In this document: piece after piece, positions 19,634 to 29,109 of the stretch | How positions within the stretch are numbered: position 1 is the first letter of the stretch | Layout of the letters: each line of letters opens with the position of its first letter | From: Cereibacter sphaeroides 2.4.1 | GTDB lineage: Bacteria; Pseudomonadota; Alphaproteobacteria; Rhodobacterales; Rhodobacteraceae | DNA length: 32,000 nucleotides | NCBI RefSeq assembly: GCF_000012905.2 | Contig: NC_007493.2 | Coordinates: forward strand, 390,001-422,000 | Reading direction: 5' to 3' | The notes under the pieces: generated by a model | Database searches by the model: none | What the model was told of the DNA's origin: nothing | The model's input: the letters and a program-made list of their open reading frames with translations, nothing else | Made by a program: the position numbers and the translations under genes

Positions 19634-19654
19634 GGGAGGGGCCATCGGCCCCTC
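19634..19654. repeat. GC palindrome GGAGGGGCC-atc-GGCCCCTCC (copy 1 of 2)
   Basis: Perfect 9-bp arms, read directly. The flanking context ccgaYggg...ccRtcc is shared with copy 2, which lies 68 nt away. Confidence 0.7.
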
Positions 19655-19701
19655 CATCCAGATGGAACCCGCGGCAAGACCGTCAGAGGCGGATGCCGAT
19701 G

Positions 19702-19722
19702 GGAGGGGCCGGAGGCCCCTCC
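19702..19722. repeat. GC palindrome GGAGGGGCC-gga-GGCCCCTCC (copy 2 of 2); probable stem-loop just downstream of the DUF892 gene stop
   Basis: Perfect 9-bp arms. It begins 9 nt beyond the stop of the minus-strand gene 19731..20228. No U-tract follows. Confidence 0.7.
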
Positions 19723-19730
19723 GTCCGGGC

Positions 19731-20228
19731 TCAGGCCGCTGCGAGGGCGCTCTGGTTCACTTCGGCGCCGGCGAGATCGTTCAGCAGGCCATCGGTCTTC
19801 TTCTCTTCTTCCAGCGTTTCCGCCAGAAGCTTCGCCGCATCCTCCATCCCGAGGGTCCGGGCCCAGGCCACGAGCGTCCCGTAGCGGGCCATCTCGTAAT
19901 GTTCGACCGCCTGCGCCGCCGCGAGCAGCGCGGCATCGAGGGCCGGGCTGTCCTTGTATTCGTCCATCACCTCGGAGCCTTCCTCGATGATCCCGTCGAT
20001 GGCCGGACAGGTCTTGCCCTGCGCCCGCTTGCCCAGAAGCTCGAACACCTTCTCGAGGCGCTCCTTCTGGCCCTCGGTCTCTTCGCGGTGGGTCTTGAAG
20101 GCCTCCTTGAGCTGCTCGGACTTGGCGGCGCGGGCCATCTTGGGCAGGGCCTTCAGGATCTGCCGCTCGGCGTAATAGACGTCCTTGAGCATGTCGTGAA
20201 AGGCCGTGTCGAGTTCCTTCGTCTTCAT
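19731..20228 (-). CDS. DUF892 (YciE/YciF-type) ferritin-like stress protein
   Basis: Track ORF 19731..20240 trimmed to ATG 20228 (MKTKELDTAFHDMLKDVYYAERQ...), with GGAGA 5 nt upstream. It is collinear by eye with E. coli YciF (DAALIAAAQKVEHYEIASYGTL versus DAALLAAAQAVEHYEMARYGTL). Confidence 0.88.
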   Translation of the reverse strand: MKTKELDTAFHDMLKDVYYAERQILKALPKMARAAKSEQLKEAFKTHREETEGQKERLEKVFELLGKRAQGKTCPAIDGIIEEGSEVMDEYKDSPALDAALLAAAQAVEHYEMARYGTLVAWARTLGMEDAAKLLAETLEEEKKTDGLLNDLAGAEVNQSALAAA

Positions 20229-20346
20229 GTCCGTCTCCATTCAGGTTATGCCCGGTGAACCGCCGGTCAGGCCGGATGTTCCGGCCGTCGGCGCGCTGAA
20301 TGGCCTGACCGCGCGGAAGCGGGAGCGGCGCCCACCGGAATGAGAA

Positions 20347-20376
20347 CATCCGGCGGAGGAGGACCTCCACCGGATG
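20347..20376 (-). terminator. Intrinsic-terminator-like hairpin after the ydeP-like gene
   Basis: The minus strand reads catccggtggagg-tcct-cctccgccggatg. This is a 13-bp stem with one G.U pair and a tetraloop, followed by ttctcattcc. It lies about 50 nt downstream of the stop at 20424. Confidence 0.6.
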
Positions 20377-20423
20377 CGAGAGCCGCCGGCCGCAACCTTG
20401 CCCGCGGGCCTCGACGACCAGCC

Positions 20424-22724
20424 TCAGAGCGGGGCGGCCGACCCTTCCGCCCGGACCCGCACGGGCGTGCCCTTGTAGGCGGGCGTGCCCGACAGCTCGT
20501 CGCGGGCCGCCAGCGGCACCAGCGGATTGGTCTCGGGATAATAGGCGCCGACGCAGCTGTCGGGCAGGTCGTAGGCCGTCACCCGCAGCCCCGACACGCG
20601 GCGATCTACCCCGTCGCTCCAGGCGCATTCGAGGGTCACCCGCTGGCCCTCGTGCAGCCCGTGCCGCGCGATCTCCTCGGGGTTCATCAGAAGCACGTTG
20701 CGCGGTCCTTCGAGCCCCCGCAACCTGTCCGAGAAGCCGTAGATCGTCGTGTTGAACTGATCGTTCGACCGCAGGGTCACCAGTGTCATCTCCTTGCCCT
20801 CGGGCGGCTCGCCCAGGGCGCAGAGCTTGTCGGGCGCGGTGAACTGCGCCTTGCCGCTTTCGGTCTTCCATTGCCGCTCGCGCGCGGCATTGCCGCGGTA
20901 GAAGCCGCCGGGCGTGAACAGCCGCGCATTGAAGGCCGCGAACTGCTCCGGCCAGCAGGCCTCGATCAGATCGCGGATGTGGCGATAATCGCCGACCCAG
21001 TCGCGCCAGCGCAGCTTCGGGTTTGCGGGCAGCGTCGCCTCGGCCAGGCCCGCCACGATGGCGGCCTCCGACAGAAGCCACGCCGAGGCGGGCGGGCGCT
21101 TGCCCACCGAGCCATGGATGTGGCTCAGGCTGTCCTCCATGGATACCGCCTGAGGGCCGCTCGCCTGTCGGTCCTCTTCGGCGCGCACGAGGCAGGGCAG
21201 AAGCCAGCTCTCGCGGCTGACCAGCGTGTGCGAGCGATTGAGCTTCGTCGCCACCTGCACGTTCAGATCGAGCCCGGCCCAGGCGGCGTCCGTCCGACCC
21301 TGATCGGGAATCGCCCGCGCAAAGTTGCCCCCGAGCGACAGGAACGCCTTCAACGTCCCATCGAGCAGTTTCTCCGTCGCGACGGCGGTGTTCCAGCCCT
21401 CGTCCCGCGGAATGGAGAGGCCGAACAGCTCCTCCATCTTGTCGATGGGCACGAGCGAAGGCTTCTCGCTGATCCCGACCGTCCGCTGGCCCTGCACGTT
21501 CGAGTGGCCGCGGACCGGGGAAATACCGGCGCCCCTGCGCCCGATATTGCCCCGCATCAGGAGAAGGTTCACCAGCATGCCGATGTTCAGCCAGCCATGC
21601 ACATGCTGGGTGAGGCCCATGCCGTAGATCCCGATCACCTTCTCCGACCGGGCATAGATCTCGGCCACCTGCTCGAGATCGGCGCGCCGCAGCATCGAGT
21701 TCCGCTCGATCTCTTCCCACGGGGTGTCGCGGATGCGCGCCTCGAAGGCCTCGAAGTCCGACGTATGTTCGGCCACGAAGGCGCGGTCGATCACGGAGCC
21801 GCGCTGGTCCTCCAGTGCGAACAGATGCTTGCAGATGCCCGCCAGCGCCGCGATGTCGCCGCCGGGGCGCACCTGAAGATAGATGTCCGAGATCCGCGTC
21901 GGGCTGCCCAGCGTCATCTGCGAGGGGTTCTGCGGGTTCACGAATTCCACGAGGCCCCGCTCGCGCACCGGGTTGAAGGTCACGATCTTGCAGCCGCGCT
22001 GCACCGCCCGCTGCAGCTCGTGCAGGAAGCGCGGGCTGTTCGTACCGGTGTTCTGGCCGAAGAAGAGGATCATGTCGCAGTGGGTGAAATCCTCGAGCAC
22101 GCAGGTGCCCACGGGCGAGCCGATCACCTTCTTCAGTCCGACGCTCGTGGTCTCGTGGCACATGTTCGAACTGTCGGGCAGATTGTTGTGTCCGTAAGCC
22201 CGCGCGAAGAGCTGCCAGAGAAAGGCGGTCTCGAGGCTCGCCTTCCCGGAGGTGTAGAACACCGTCTGTTTCGGATCGATGCCGCGGAGCCTGCCGCCGA
22301 TCTCGCGGAAGGCCTCTTCCCAGGTGACGGGAAGGTAGTGGTCGCTCGCCGCATCATAGCGCATCGGATGGGTGAGGCGACCGATCTTCTCGAGGTCATG
22401 GTCCGACCAGGTGCGCAGCTCGGACACGGAATGGGCGGCGAAGAAGTCCGGCCCGCAACGGTCCGTGGTCAGGTCCCACACCGTCGCCTTCGCACCGTTC
22501 TCGCAGAATTCGAACAGGTTGGGCTTTGCGGGCTTGGCCCAGGCGCAGGAGGTGCACATGTGCCCCCCGGGCTTGTTCTGGCGCATGAGTGTCCGGACCA
22601 CGCCGGGACCCGGCTTCTGGTCGAGCAGCACCCGGGCGATGCCACGGACCGACCCCCAACTGCCCGATGCCGCCTCATAGAAGGGCGTGTCCTTGCGCTG
22701 CCGCTTCTCCTTGGGTCGATCCAT
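20424..22724 (-). CDS. FdhF/YdeP-family molybdopterin oxidoreductase
   Basis: These are the C-terminal 766 codons of track ORF 20424..23576. ATG 22724 (MDRPKEKRQRK...) is preceded by AAGGAGG. It has an N-terminal Cys motif (GGHMCTSCAWAKP) and molybdopterin oxidoreductase and dinucleotide-binding regions. Its size matches E. coli YdeP (759 aa). Confidence 0.92.
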   Translation of the reverse strand: MDRPKEKRQRKDTPFYEAASGSWGSVRGIARVLLDQKPGPGVVRTLMRQNKPGGHMCTSCAWAKPAKPNLFEFCENGAKATVWDLTTDRCGPDFFAAHSVSELRTWSDHDLEKIGRLTHPMRYDAASDHYLPVTWEEAFREIGGRLRGIDPKQTVFYTSGKASLETAFLWQLFARAYGHNNLPDSSNMCHETTSVGLKKVIGSPVGTCVLEDFTHCDMILFFGQNTGTNSPRFLHELQRAVQRGCKIVTFNPVRERGLVEFVNPQNPSQMTLGSPTRISDIYLQVRPGGDIAALAGICKHLFALEDQRGSVIDRAFVAEHTSDFEAFEARIRDTPWEEIERNSMLRRADLEQVAEIYARSEKVIGIYGMGLTQHVHGWLNIGMLVNLLLMRGNIGRRGAGISPVRGHSNVQGQRTVGISEKPSLVPIDKMEELFGLSIPRDEGWNTAVATEKLLDGTLKAFLSLGGNFARAIPDQGRTDAAWAGLDLNVQVATKLNRSHTLVSRESWLLPCLVRAEEDRQASGPQAVSMEDSLSHIHGSVGKRPPASAWLLSEAAIVAGLAEATLPANPKLRWRDWVGDYRHIRDLIEACWPEQFAAFNARLFTPGGFYRGNAARERQWKTESGKAQFTAPDKLCALGEPPEGKEMTLVTLRSNDQFNTTIYGFSDRLRGLEGPRNVLLMNPEEIARHGLHEGQRVTLECAWSDGVDRRVSGLRVTAYDLPDSCVGAYYPETNPLVPLAARDELSGTPAYKGTPVRVRAEGSAAPL

Positions 22725-22970
22725 CGGCTCCTCCTTGCGTGGCGTGGGTGGGCAACCGGCAGGAGCCGCCCCTGTTCCGTCACGACCTGAAGAGCAGAGG
22801 CGAAACAGGACCGCCCGGCTGCCTGCCAAGGCGGCGGTCGCGATGCGCCCCGCGCGAGGGGGGCGGGTATTCCTGCCGACACCGCCGGAGATAGTGCCGA
22901 AGGTTCCTTCAACAGGAACATTCACCCGAGCCACCTGTTCGCAGCCCAAGGCAGCAGCAGGAGACACGAG

Positions 22971-24515
22971 ATGAGCGGTCAAGTCGCAGCGGCTCGGCAG
23001 GAGACGCTGGTGGAGGAGATTCTCGATCTGTCGCGACAACGGCAGGCGGGCCCCCTGTCCCCATGGTTCGCCGCTCGGCTGGAGGAGCAGGTCGAGAAGG
23101 GTCTGTTCCTGTCCCCCGAGGATCTCGAGGCGACGGGCGCGCGGCTGGTCGAGGAGCTGGTCGAGTACCGCACCCGGACGCAGGTCTCGACGGCCGTCAT
23201 CGGCATGTCGGGAGGGGTGGATTCCGCGCTGACGGCGGCTCTCTTCAAGGCCGCGGGCTGGCATGTCATGGGCCACACCCTTCCCATCGAGCAGGACCCC
23301 ACCGAAACGGACCGCGGGATCGAGGCCTGCGCGGCGCTCGGGATCGAGCATCGTCCCCTCGATCTCTCGGGCGCCTACGAGGCGGCGCTCGCCCAGCTCG
23401 GCGAGCTCGATCCGGATCTTCTCTCCTCCGACGAGACGCCGGCGCGGACGCGCCGCGGGAACCTGCGCGCCCGGCTGCGGATGATGACGCTCTACGATCA
23501 GGCGCACCGGCTGGGCGGCCTCGTCGCCGGCACCGACAATTTCTCCGAGCTGACCGCGGGCTTCTGGACCCTCCACGGAGATGTGGGGGATCTGGCGCCC
23601 GTCCAGTCGCTGCTGAAGTCATGGGAGGTGCCGTGGCTCGCGCGTGCCTACCGCGTGCCCGAAGCGACCTGGCGGGCGATGCCCACGGATGGGCTCGGCA
23701 TCGGCGGCGGCGACGAGGCCCAGATCGGCGCCACCTATCTCGAATGGGACATCCTGCAATTCGCGCTGGCCGAGGCGCTCGGCGACGATCCGGGGCTTGC
23801 GACCCGGCATCTCGCCTTCGCGTTGCGGATGGATGCGGACCGCCACGCTCAGGAGGTGCTCGGCACCCTCATCGCGCGGATGCGGGCCACATGGCACAAG
23901 CGCCTGAACCCGATCCGGCTCAACCATCCGAAGGCCGACCGCTACGAGCCGCTCGAACGGATGGAGGCGCGGCTTTTCCGGCCGCAGGGGGTGAAGTCGG
24001 ACGAGGCCCTGATGGGGTTTCCGACAGAGATGCAGGATCTGGCGGCGCATCTCGTCTGGGCGCTGAAGGCGGCCGACTGCCGGCTGGTGACGGCCGAATC
24101 CTGTACCGCGGGGCTGATCGCGGCCTGCGTCTCGGGGGTTCCGGGCCGTTCGGGCGTTCTGGAGGGAAGCTTCGTGGCCTACCGCCCGACGATGAAATTC
24201 GCGGCGCTGGGCGTGCCCGAGGCGCTGATTGCCGAAGAGACGGTCTACGATCCCAAGGTCGCCCGCCGCATGGCGGAGGGGGCGCTGGCGTCCGCCCCCG
24301 AGGCCGATCTCGCTCTGGCCGTCACGGGCGTCGCGGGGCCGGGCGAAGACGAGGGCCACCCGCCCGGATATGTCTGCGTCGCCGCGGCGCTGCGCGGGCA
24401 GGAGACCCGCGTGAGCGAGCATTACTTCCCGGGCAGTCCCCGTCAGGTCCTTGCGGCCACGCTGCGGCGCGCCCTTCAGGAAGGGCTGACCGTGCTGCAG
24501 GAGGCGCACCGCTGA
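22971..24515 (+). CDS. Fusion protein: NH3-dependent NAD+ synthetase (NadE, PP-loop) domain plus CinA C-terminal / PncC-type NMN amidohydrolase domain
   Basis: Track ORF, 514 aa, with AGGAGA 6 nt upstream of the ATG. NadE motifs are SGGVDS (aa 80-85), GNLRARLRMMTLY, GTDNFSELTAGFWTLHGDVGDLAP and TWHKR. From about aa 350, RLVTAESCTAGLIA, FVAYRPTMK and LAVTGVAGPG are collinear with E. coli PncC (TVTTAESCTGGWVA, FVTYSNEAK, VSISGIAGPDG). Confidence 0.9.
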   Translation: MSGQVAAARQETLVEEILDLSRQRQAGPLSPWFAARLEEQVEKGLFLSPEDLEATGARLVEELVEYRTRTQVSTAVIGMSGGVDSALTAALFKAAGWHVMGHTLPIEQDPTETDRGIEACAALGIEHRPLDLSGAYEAALAQLGELDPDLLSSDETPARTRRGNLRARLRMMTLYDQAHRLGGLVAGTDNFSELTAGFWTLHGDVGDLAPVQSLLKSWEVPWLARAYRVPEATWRAMPTDGLGIGGGDEAQIGATYLEWDILQFALAEALGDDPGLATRHLAFALRMDADRHAQEVLGTLIARMRATWHKRLNPIRLNHPKADRYEPLERMEARLFRPQGVKSDEALMGFPTEMQDLAAHLVWALKAADCRLVTAESCTAGLIAACVSGVPGRSGVLEGSFVAYRPTMKFAALGVPEALIAEETVYDPKVARRMAEGALASAPEADLALAVTGVAGPGEDEGHPPGYVCVAAALRGQETRVSEHYFPGSPRQVLAATLRRALQEGLTVLQEAHR

Positions 24516-24537
24516 CGGGGTGCCTGCCGGGCGGGCC

Positions 24538-25083
24538 TCAGGACCGGAGATAGTCCGGCAGGGTGGGGGCCGCGCGGCCCTCCGCGCCCCAGCGGTCAGA
24601 GACGGTCATCCGCCCCGCGCCGATCAGGTCGAGACATTTCGGGATGGCGCCGAACACGCCCTGCAGCGAGAGCGCGATGGCCGCGGGCTGTCCCGGCAGG
24701 TTCACGATCAGCGATCTCCCCCGCACGCCCGCGGTCTGGCGCGACAGGATCGCGGTCGGGGTCTGCTGCAGGCCGATGCTGCGCAGGAGCTCGCCGAACC
24801 CCGGTAGCTCCTTCTCGATCACGCCCACCATCGCCTCGGGCGTGAGGTCCCGCGGCGATGGTCCCGTGCCACCCGTGGTGAAGACGAGCGCCGCCCCCTC
24901 CGCGTCGCACAGCTCGATCAGCGCCGTGCGCACCGTTTCCACCCCGTCCGGCACGATGCGTCGCACGATCTCGTAGGGCGAGGTCATGGCGGTGGCGAGC
25001 CAGTCGGCGATGGCGGGGCCGCTCAGGTCCTCGTAGTCGCCGCGGCTGGCGCGGTCCGAGGCGGTCACGATGGCAATCTTCAC
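24538..25083 (-). CDS. mog: Molybdopterin adenylyltransferase Mog
   Basis: Track ORF, 181 aa, with a GTG start at 25083 and AAGGAG 9 nt upstream. It is collinear with E. coli Mog (SDRAS.G.Y.D, TTGGTGP..RD.TPEA, PGFGE, PTAILSRQ, NLPGQP). Confidence 0.9.
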   Translation of the reverse strand: MKIAIVTASDRASRGDYEDLSGPAIADWLATAMTSPYEIVRRIVPDGVETVRTALIELCDAEGAALVFTTGGTGPSPRDLTPEAMVGVIEKELPGFGELLRSIGLQQTPTAILSRQTAGVRGRSLIVNLPGQPAAIALSLQGVFGAIPKCLDLIGAGRMTVSDRWGAEGRAAPTLPDYLRS

Positions 25084-25373
25084 AGTCTGACGCTCCTTCC
25101 GGCTGATGCCGCCACTCTGGCCCGCCGCGGCGACGGGGGAAAGCCCCTTGCCTGCGCCGGGACGGGCGGGGCTGCCACGGCGGGCCGCCGAATTTTGTCT
25201 GCAGGGGACACCACTGCGCAGGATGGGCTCTGGCGCGTCCGCTTCGGGGATCGGGTGGAGCCGCAGGCCGAACGCCGCGAGGCCTCCCGAGAAGCGATGG
25301 ACCGCATGGCGCCACTTTTGACCTGACGCGGCGCGACGGGCAGCCTAGGCTGGCGCAAACGGGAGGGATCGGC

Positions 25374-26498
25374 ATGAAAATCACGGCGGCGGTGCTCGAA
25401 CGCGACGGGATCGCGGGGAATTATGCCGAGGAGCGGCCGCTCGCGATCCGCGAGCTCGATCTCGCGGAGCCGGGGCCGGGCGAGGTCCTGATCCGGGTGG
25501 CCGCCGCGGGCATCTGCCATTCCGACCTGTCGGTCATCAACGGCACGCGGCGGCGGCCGCTGCCGATGGTGCTCGGCCACGAGGCCTCGGGCCATGTCGA
25601 GGCTCTGGGCGAGGGGGTCGAGGATCTCGAGCACGGCGACCATGTCGTCTGCATCTTCGCACCCGGCTGCGGCCGCTGCACGCCCTGCGCCGAGGGGCGG
25701 CCTGCGCTCTGCGAGAAGGCGGCGCGCCATCATGCGGTGGGCGAACTGATGACCGGGCACCGGCGGCTGTCGCTCGGCGGGCGGTCCGTGCACCATCACC
25801 TCGGCATCTCGGGCTTCGCCACCCATGCCGTGGTGGCGCGGCCGTCGCTGGTCCGCGTCCCGCGCGAGGTCCCGCCCCATGTCTCGGCGCTTTTCTCCTG
25901 CGCCATGCTGACGGGGGCGGGGGCCGTCTTCAACACGGCGCAGATCCGGCCCGGCTCGAAGGTCGCCGTGGTGGGGCTGGGCGGCGTCGGCCTGTCCGCC
26001 ATCCTCGGCGCGGCGGCGGCCGGAGCGGCCGAGATCGTGGCGATCGACCCGTTTCCCGCCAAGATGGAGGCCGCGCGCGCCATGGGCGCGACGCTCTCGG
26101 TGCCCGCGGACGGAGATACGGTGGCGGCGGTGCGCGACCTGACGGCGGGCGGCGTCGATTACGCCTTCGAGCTGGCGGGCTCGGTCCGGGCGCTCGAAAC
26201 CGCCTTCGCCGTCACCCGCCGCGGCGGCATGACGGTGACCGCGGGCCTGCCCCACCCGGACGACCGGATGTCGCTCGAGGCACTGAAGCTCGTGGCCGAG
26301 GAGCGCACCCTGAAGGGCAGTTACATCGGGTCCTGCGTGCCCCAGCGCGACCTGCCGCGGATGCTGGCGCTGCACCGCCGCGGCCTGCTGCCGGTCGAGA
26401 AGATGCTGACCCACCGGCTGAAGCTCGACGAGATCAACCTCGCGATGGACCGGCTGGCCAAGGGCAGCGCGATCCGGCAGGTGGTGGACCTCGGCTGA
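25374..26498 (+). CDS. Zinc-dependent medium-chain alcohol dehydrogenase family protein
   Basis: Track ORF, 374 aa, with GGGAGGGA upstream. It has catalytic Zn ligands (GICHSD, GHEASGHVEALGEGV), a structural Zn Cys cluster (CGRCTPCAEGRPALC) and the Rossmann motif GLGGVGLS. Confidence 0.9.
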   Translation: MKITAAVLERDGIAGNYAEERPLAIRELDLAEPGPGEVLIRVAAAGICHSDLSVINGTRRRPLPMVLGHEASGHVEALGEGVEDLEHGDHVVCIFAPGCGRCTPCAEGRPALCEKAARHHAVGELMTGHRRLSLGGRSVHHHLGISGFATHAVVARPSLVRVPREVPPHVSALFSCAMLTGAGAVFNTAQIRPGSKVAVVGLGGVGLSAILGAAAAGAAEIVAIDPFPAKMEAARAMGATLSVPADGDTVAAVRDLTAGGVDYAFELAGSVRALETAFAVTRRGGMTVTAGLPHPDDRMSLEALKLVAEERTLKGSYIGSCVPQRDLPRMLALHRRGLLPVEKMLTHRLKLDEINLAMDRLAKGSAIRQVVDLG

Positions 26499-26530
26499 CG
26501 CGGCGCGACCCGGCCCGGGGTGGCGCCGCG
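26499..26530. terminator. GC hairpin filling the convergent ADH/tldD spacer
   Basis: cgcggcgc...gcgccgcg forms an 8-bp outer stem, extended by accc/gggt after one G.G mismatch. It occupies 32 of the 38 intergenic nt. There is no U-tract. Confidence 0.5.
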
Positions 26531-26536
26531 CGGCCG

Positions 26537-27958
<1,422 letters not shown>

Positions 27959-27969
27959 GACTACTGTCC

Positions 27970-27983
27970 TTGATTCAGATCAA
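27970..27983. promoter_or_regulatory. Perfect FNR/FnrL consensus box TTGATtcagATCAA in the tldD / ctaC divergent spacer
   Basis: Matches TTGAT-N4-ATCAA at 10/10 positions. It lies 12 nt upstream of the tldD ATG, overlapping its likely SD (CAAGGA on the minus strand), and about 150 nt upstream of the ctaC ATG. A CAATAT -10-like hexamer at 28027-28032 would place the box near -62 for a ctaC promoter. Confidence 0.55.
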
Positions 27984-28127
27984 ATGATGACGCTTCGACG
28001 CATCGTTTTCCTTGTCGTCGCCAAAACAATATGGTCTCAATCGGTTCAGGAACAACGGGAAATCTGCCCGGTTTCCGGGCGGCGAACTGACGGCACGATG
28101 GCCGGCCGAAGCCAACGGGATCTGAAC

Positions 28128-29039
28128 ATGAGACATTCCACGACCTTGACCGGATGCGCCACGGGGGCGGCAGGGCTTCTGGCGGCCACGGCCGCGGCCG
28201 CGCAGCAGCAGAGCCTCGAGATCATCGGGCGGCCGCAGCCGGGGGGCACGGGCTTCCAGCCTTCGGCGAGCCCGGTGGCCACGCAGATCCATTGGCTCGA
28301 CGGGTTCATCCTCGTCATCATCGCCGCCATCACCATCTTCGTCACGCTCCTTATCCTCTATGCGGTCTGGCGCTTCCATGAGAAGCGCAACAAGGTGCCG
28401 GCCCGCTTCACCCACAATTCCCCGCTCGAGATCGCCTGGACGATCGTGCCGATCGTCATCCTCGTGGCCATCGGGGCCTTCTCGCTGCCGGTGCTGTTCA
28501 ACCAGCAGGAAATCCCCGAGGCGGACGTGACGGTGAAGGTCACGGGCTACCAGTGGTACTGGGGCTACGAATATCCCGACGAGGAAATCTCGTTCGAGAG
28601 CTACATGATCGGCTCGCCCGCCACGGGTGGCGACAACCGTATGTCGCCCGAGGTCGAGCAGCAGCTGATCGAGGCCGGCTACAGCCGCGACGAGTTCCTG
28701 CTGGCCACCGACACCGCCATGGTCGTGCCGGTGAACAAGACCGTCGTGGTGCAGGTGACCGGTGCCGACGTGATCCACTCCTGGACCGTGCCCGCCTTCG
28801 GCGTGAAGCAGGATGCGGTGCCGGGCCGGCTCGCGCAGCTCTGGTTCCGGGCCGAGCGCGAGGGGATCTTCTTCGGCCAGTGTTCGGAGCTCTGCGGCAT
28901 CTCGCACGCCTACATGCCGATCACGGTCAAGGTCGTGTCGGAAGAAGCCTATGCCGCCTGGCTCGAACAGGCCCGCGGCGGCACCTACGAGCTGTCCTCC
29001 GTCCTGCCCGCGACGCCTGCGGGCGTGTCGGTGGAGTGA
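28128..29039 (+). CDS. ctaC: aa3-type cytochrome c oxidase subunit II
   Basis: Track ORF 27957..29039 trimmed to ATG 28128 (MRHSTTLTGCATGAAGLLAATAAAAQQQSLEIIGRPQPGG...). This matches the R. sphaeroides CoxII precursor as I remember it. The CuA site is HSWTVPAFGVKQDAVPGR...CSELCGISHAYM. Confidence 0.95.
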   Translation: MRHSTTLTGCATGAAGLLAATAAAAQQQSLEIIGRPQPGGTGFQPSASPVATQIHWLDGFILVIIAAITIFVTLLILYAVWRFHEKRNKVPARFTHNSPLEIAWTIVPIVILVAIGAFSLPVLFNQQEIPEADVTVKVTGYQWYWGYEYPDEEISFESYMIGSPATGGDNRMSPEVEQQLIEAGYSRDEFLLATDTAMVVPVNKTVVVQVTGADVIHSWTVPAFGVKQDAVPGRLAQLWFRAEREGIFFGQCSELCGISHAYMPITVKVVSEEAYAAWLEQARGGTYELSSVLPATPAGVSVE

Positions 29040-29109
29040 ACGCAGGAACGAACAGGCGCGGCGCCACGTTCGGGAGGAGAATCCGGGCCGGCGCCGCAGG
29101 GAGAGCTGA

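Noticed and set aside
20347-20376. CCUCCUCC anti-Shine-Dalgarno motif on the minus strand, reminiscent of CcsR/cuckoo-type sRNA loops
   Set aside because: When folded, the motif is buried in a 13-bp stem (catccggtggagg/cctccgccggatg) with a UCCU tetraloop and a U-rich tail. This is the shape of an ordinary intrinsic terminator for the ydeP-like gene. The motif is not exposed in a loop.
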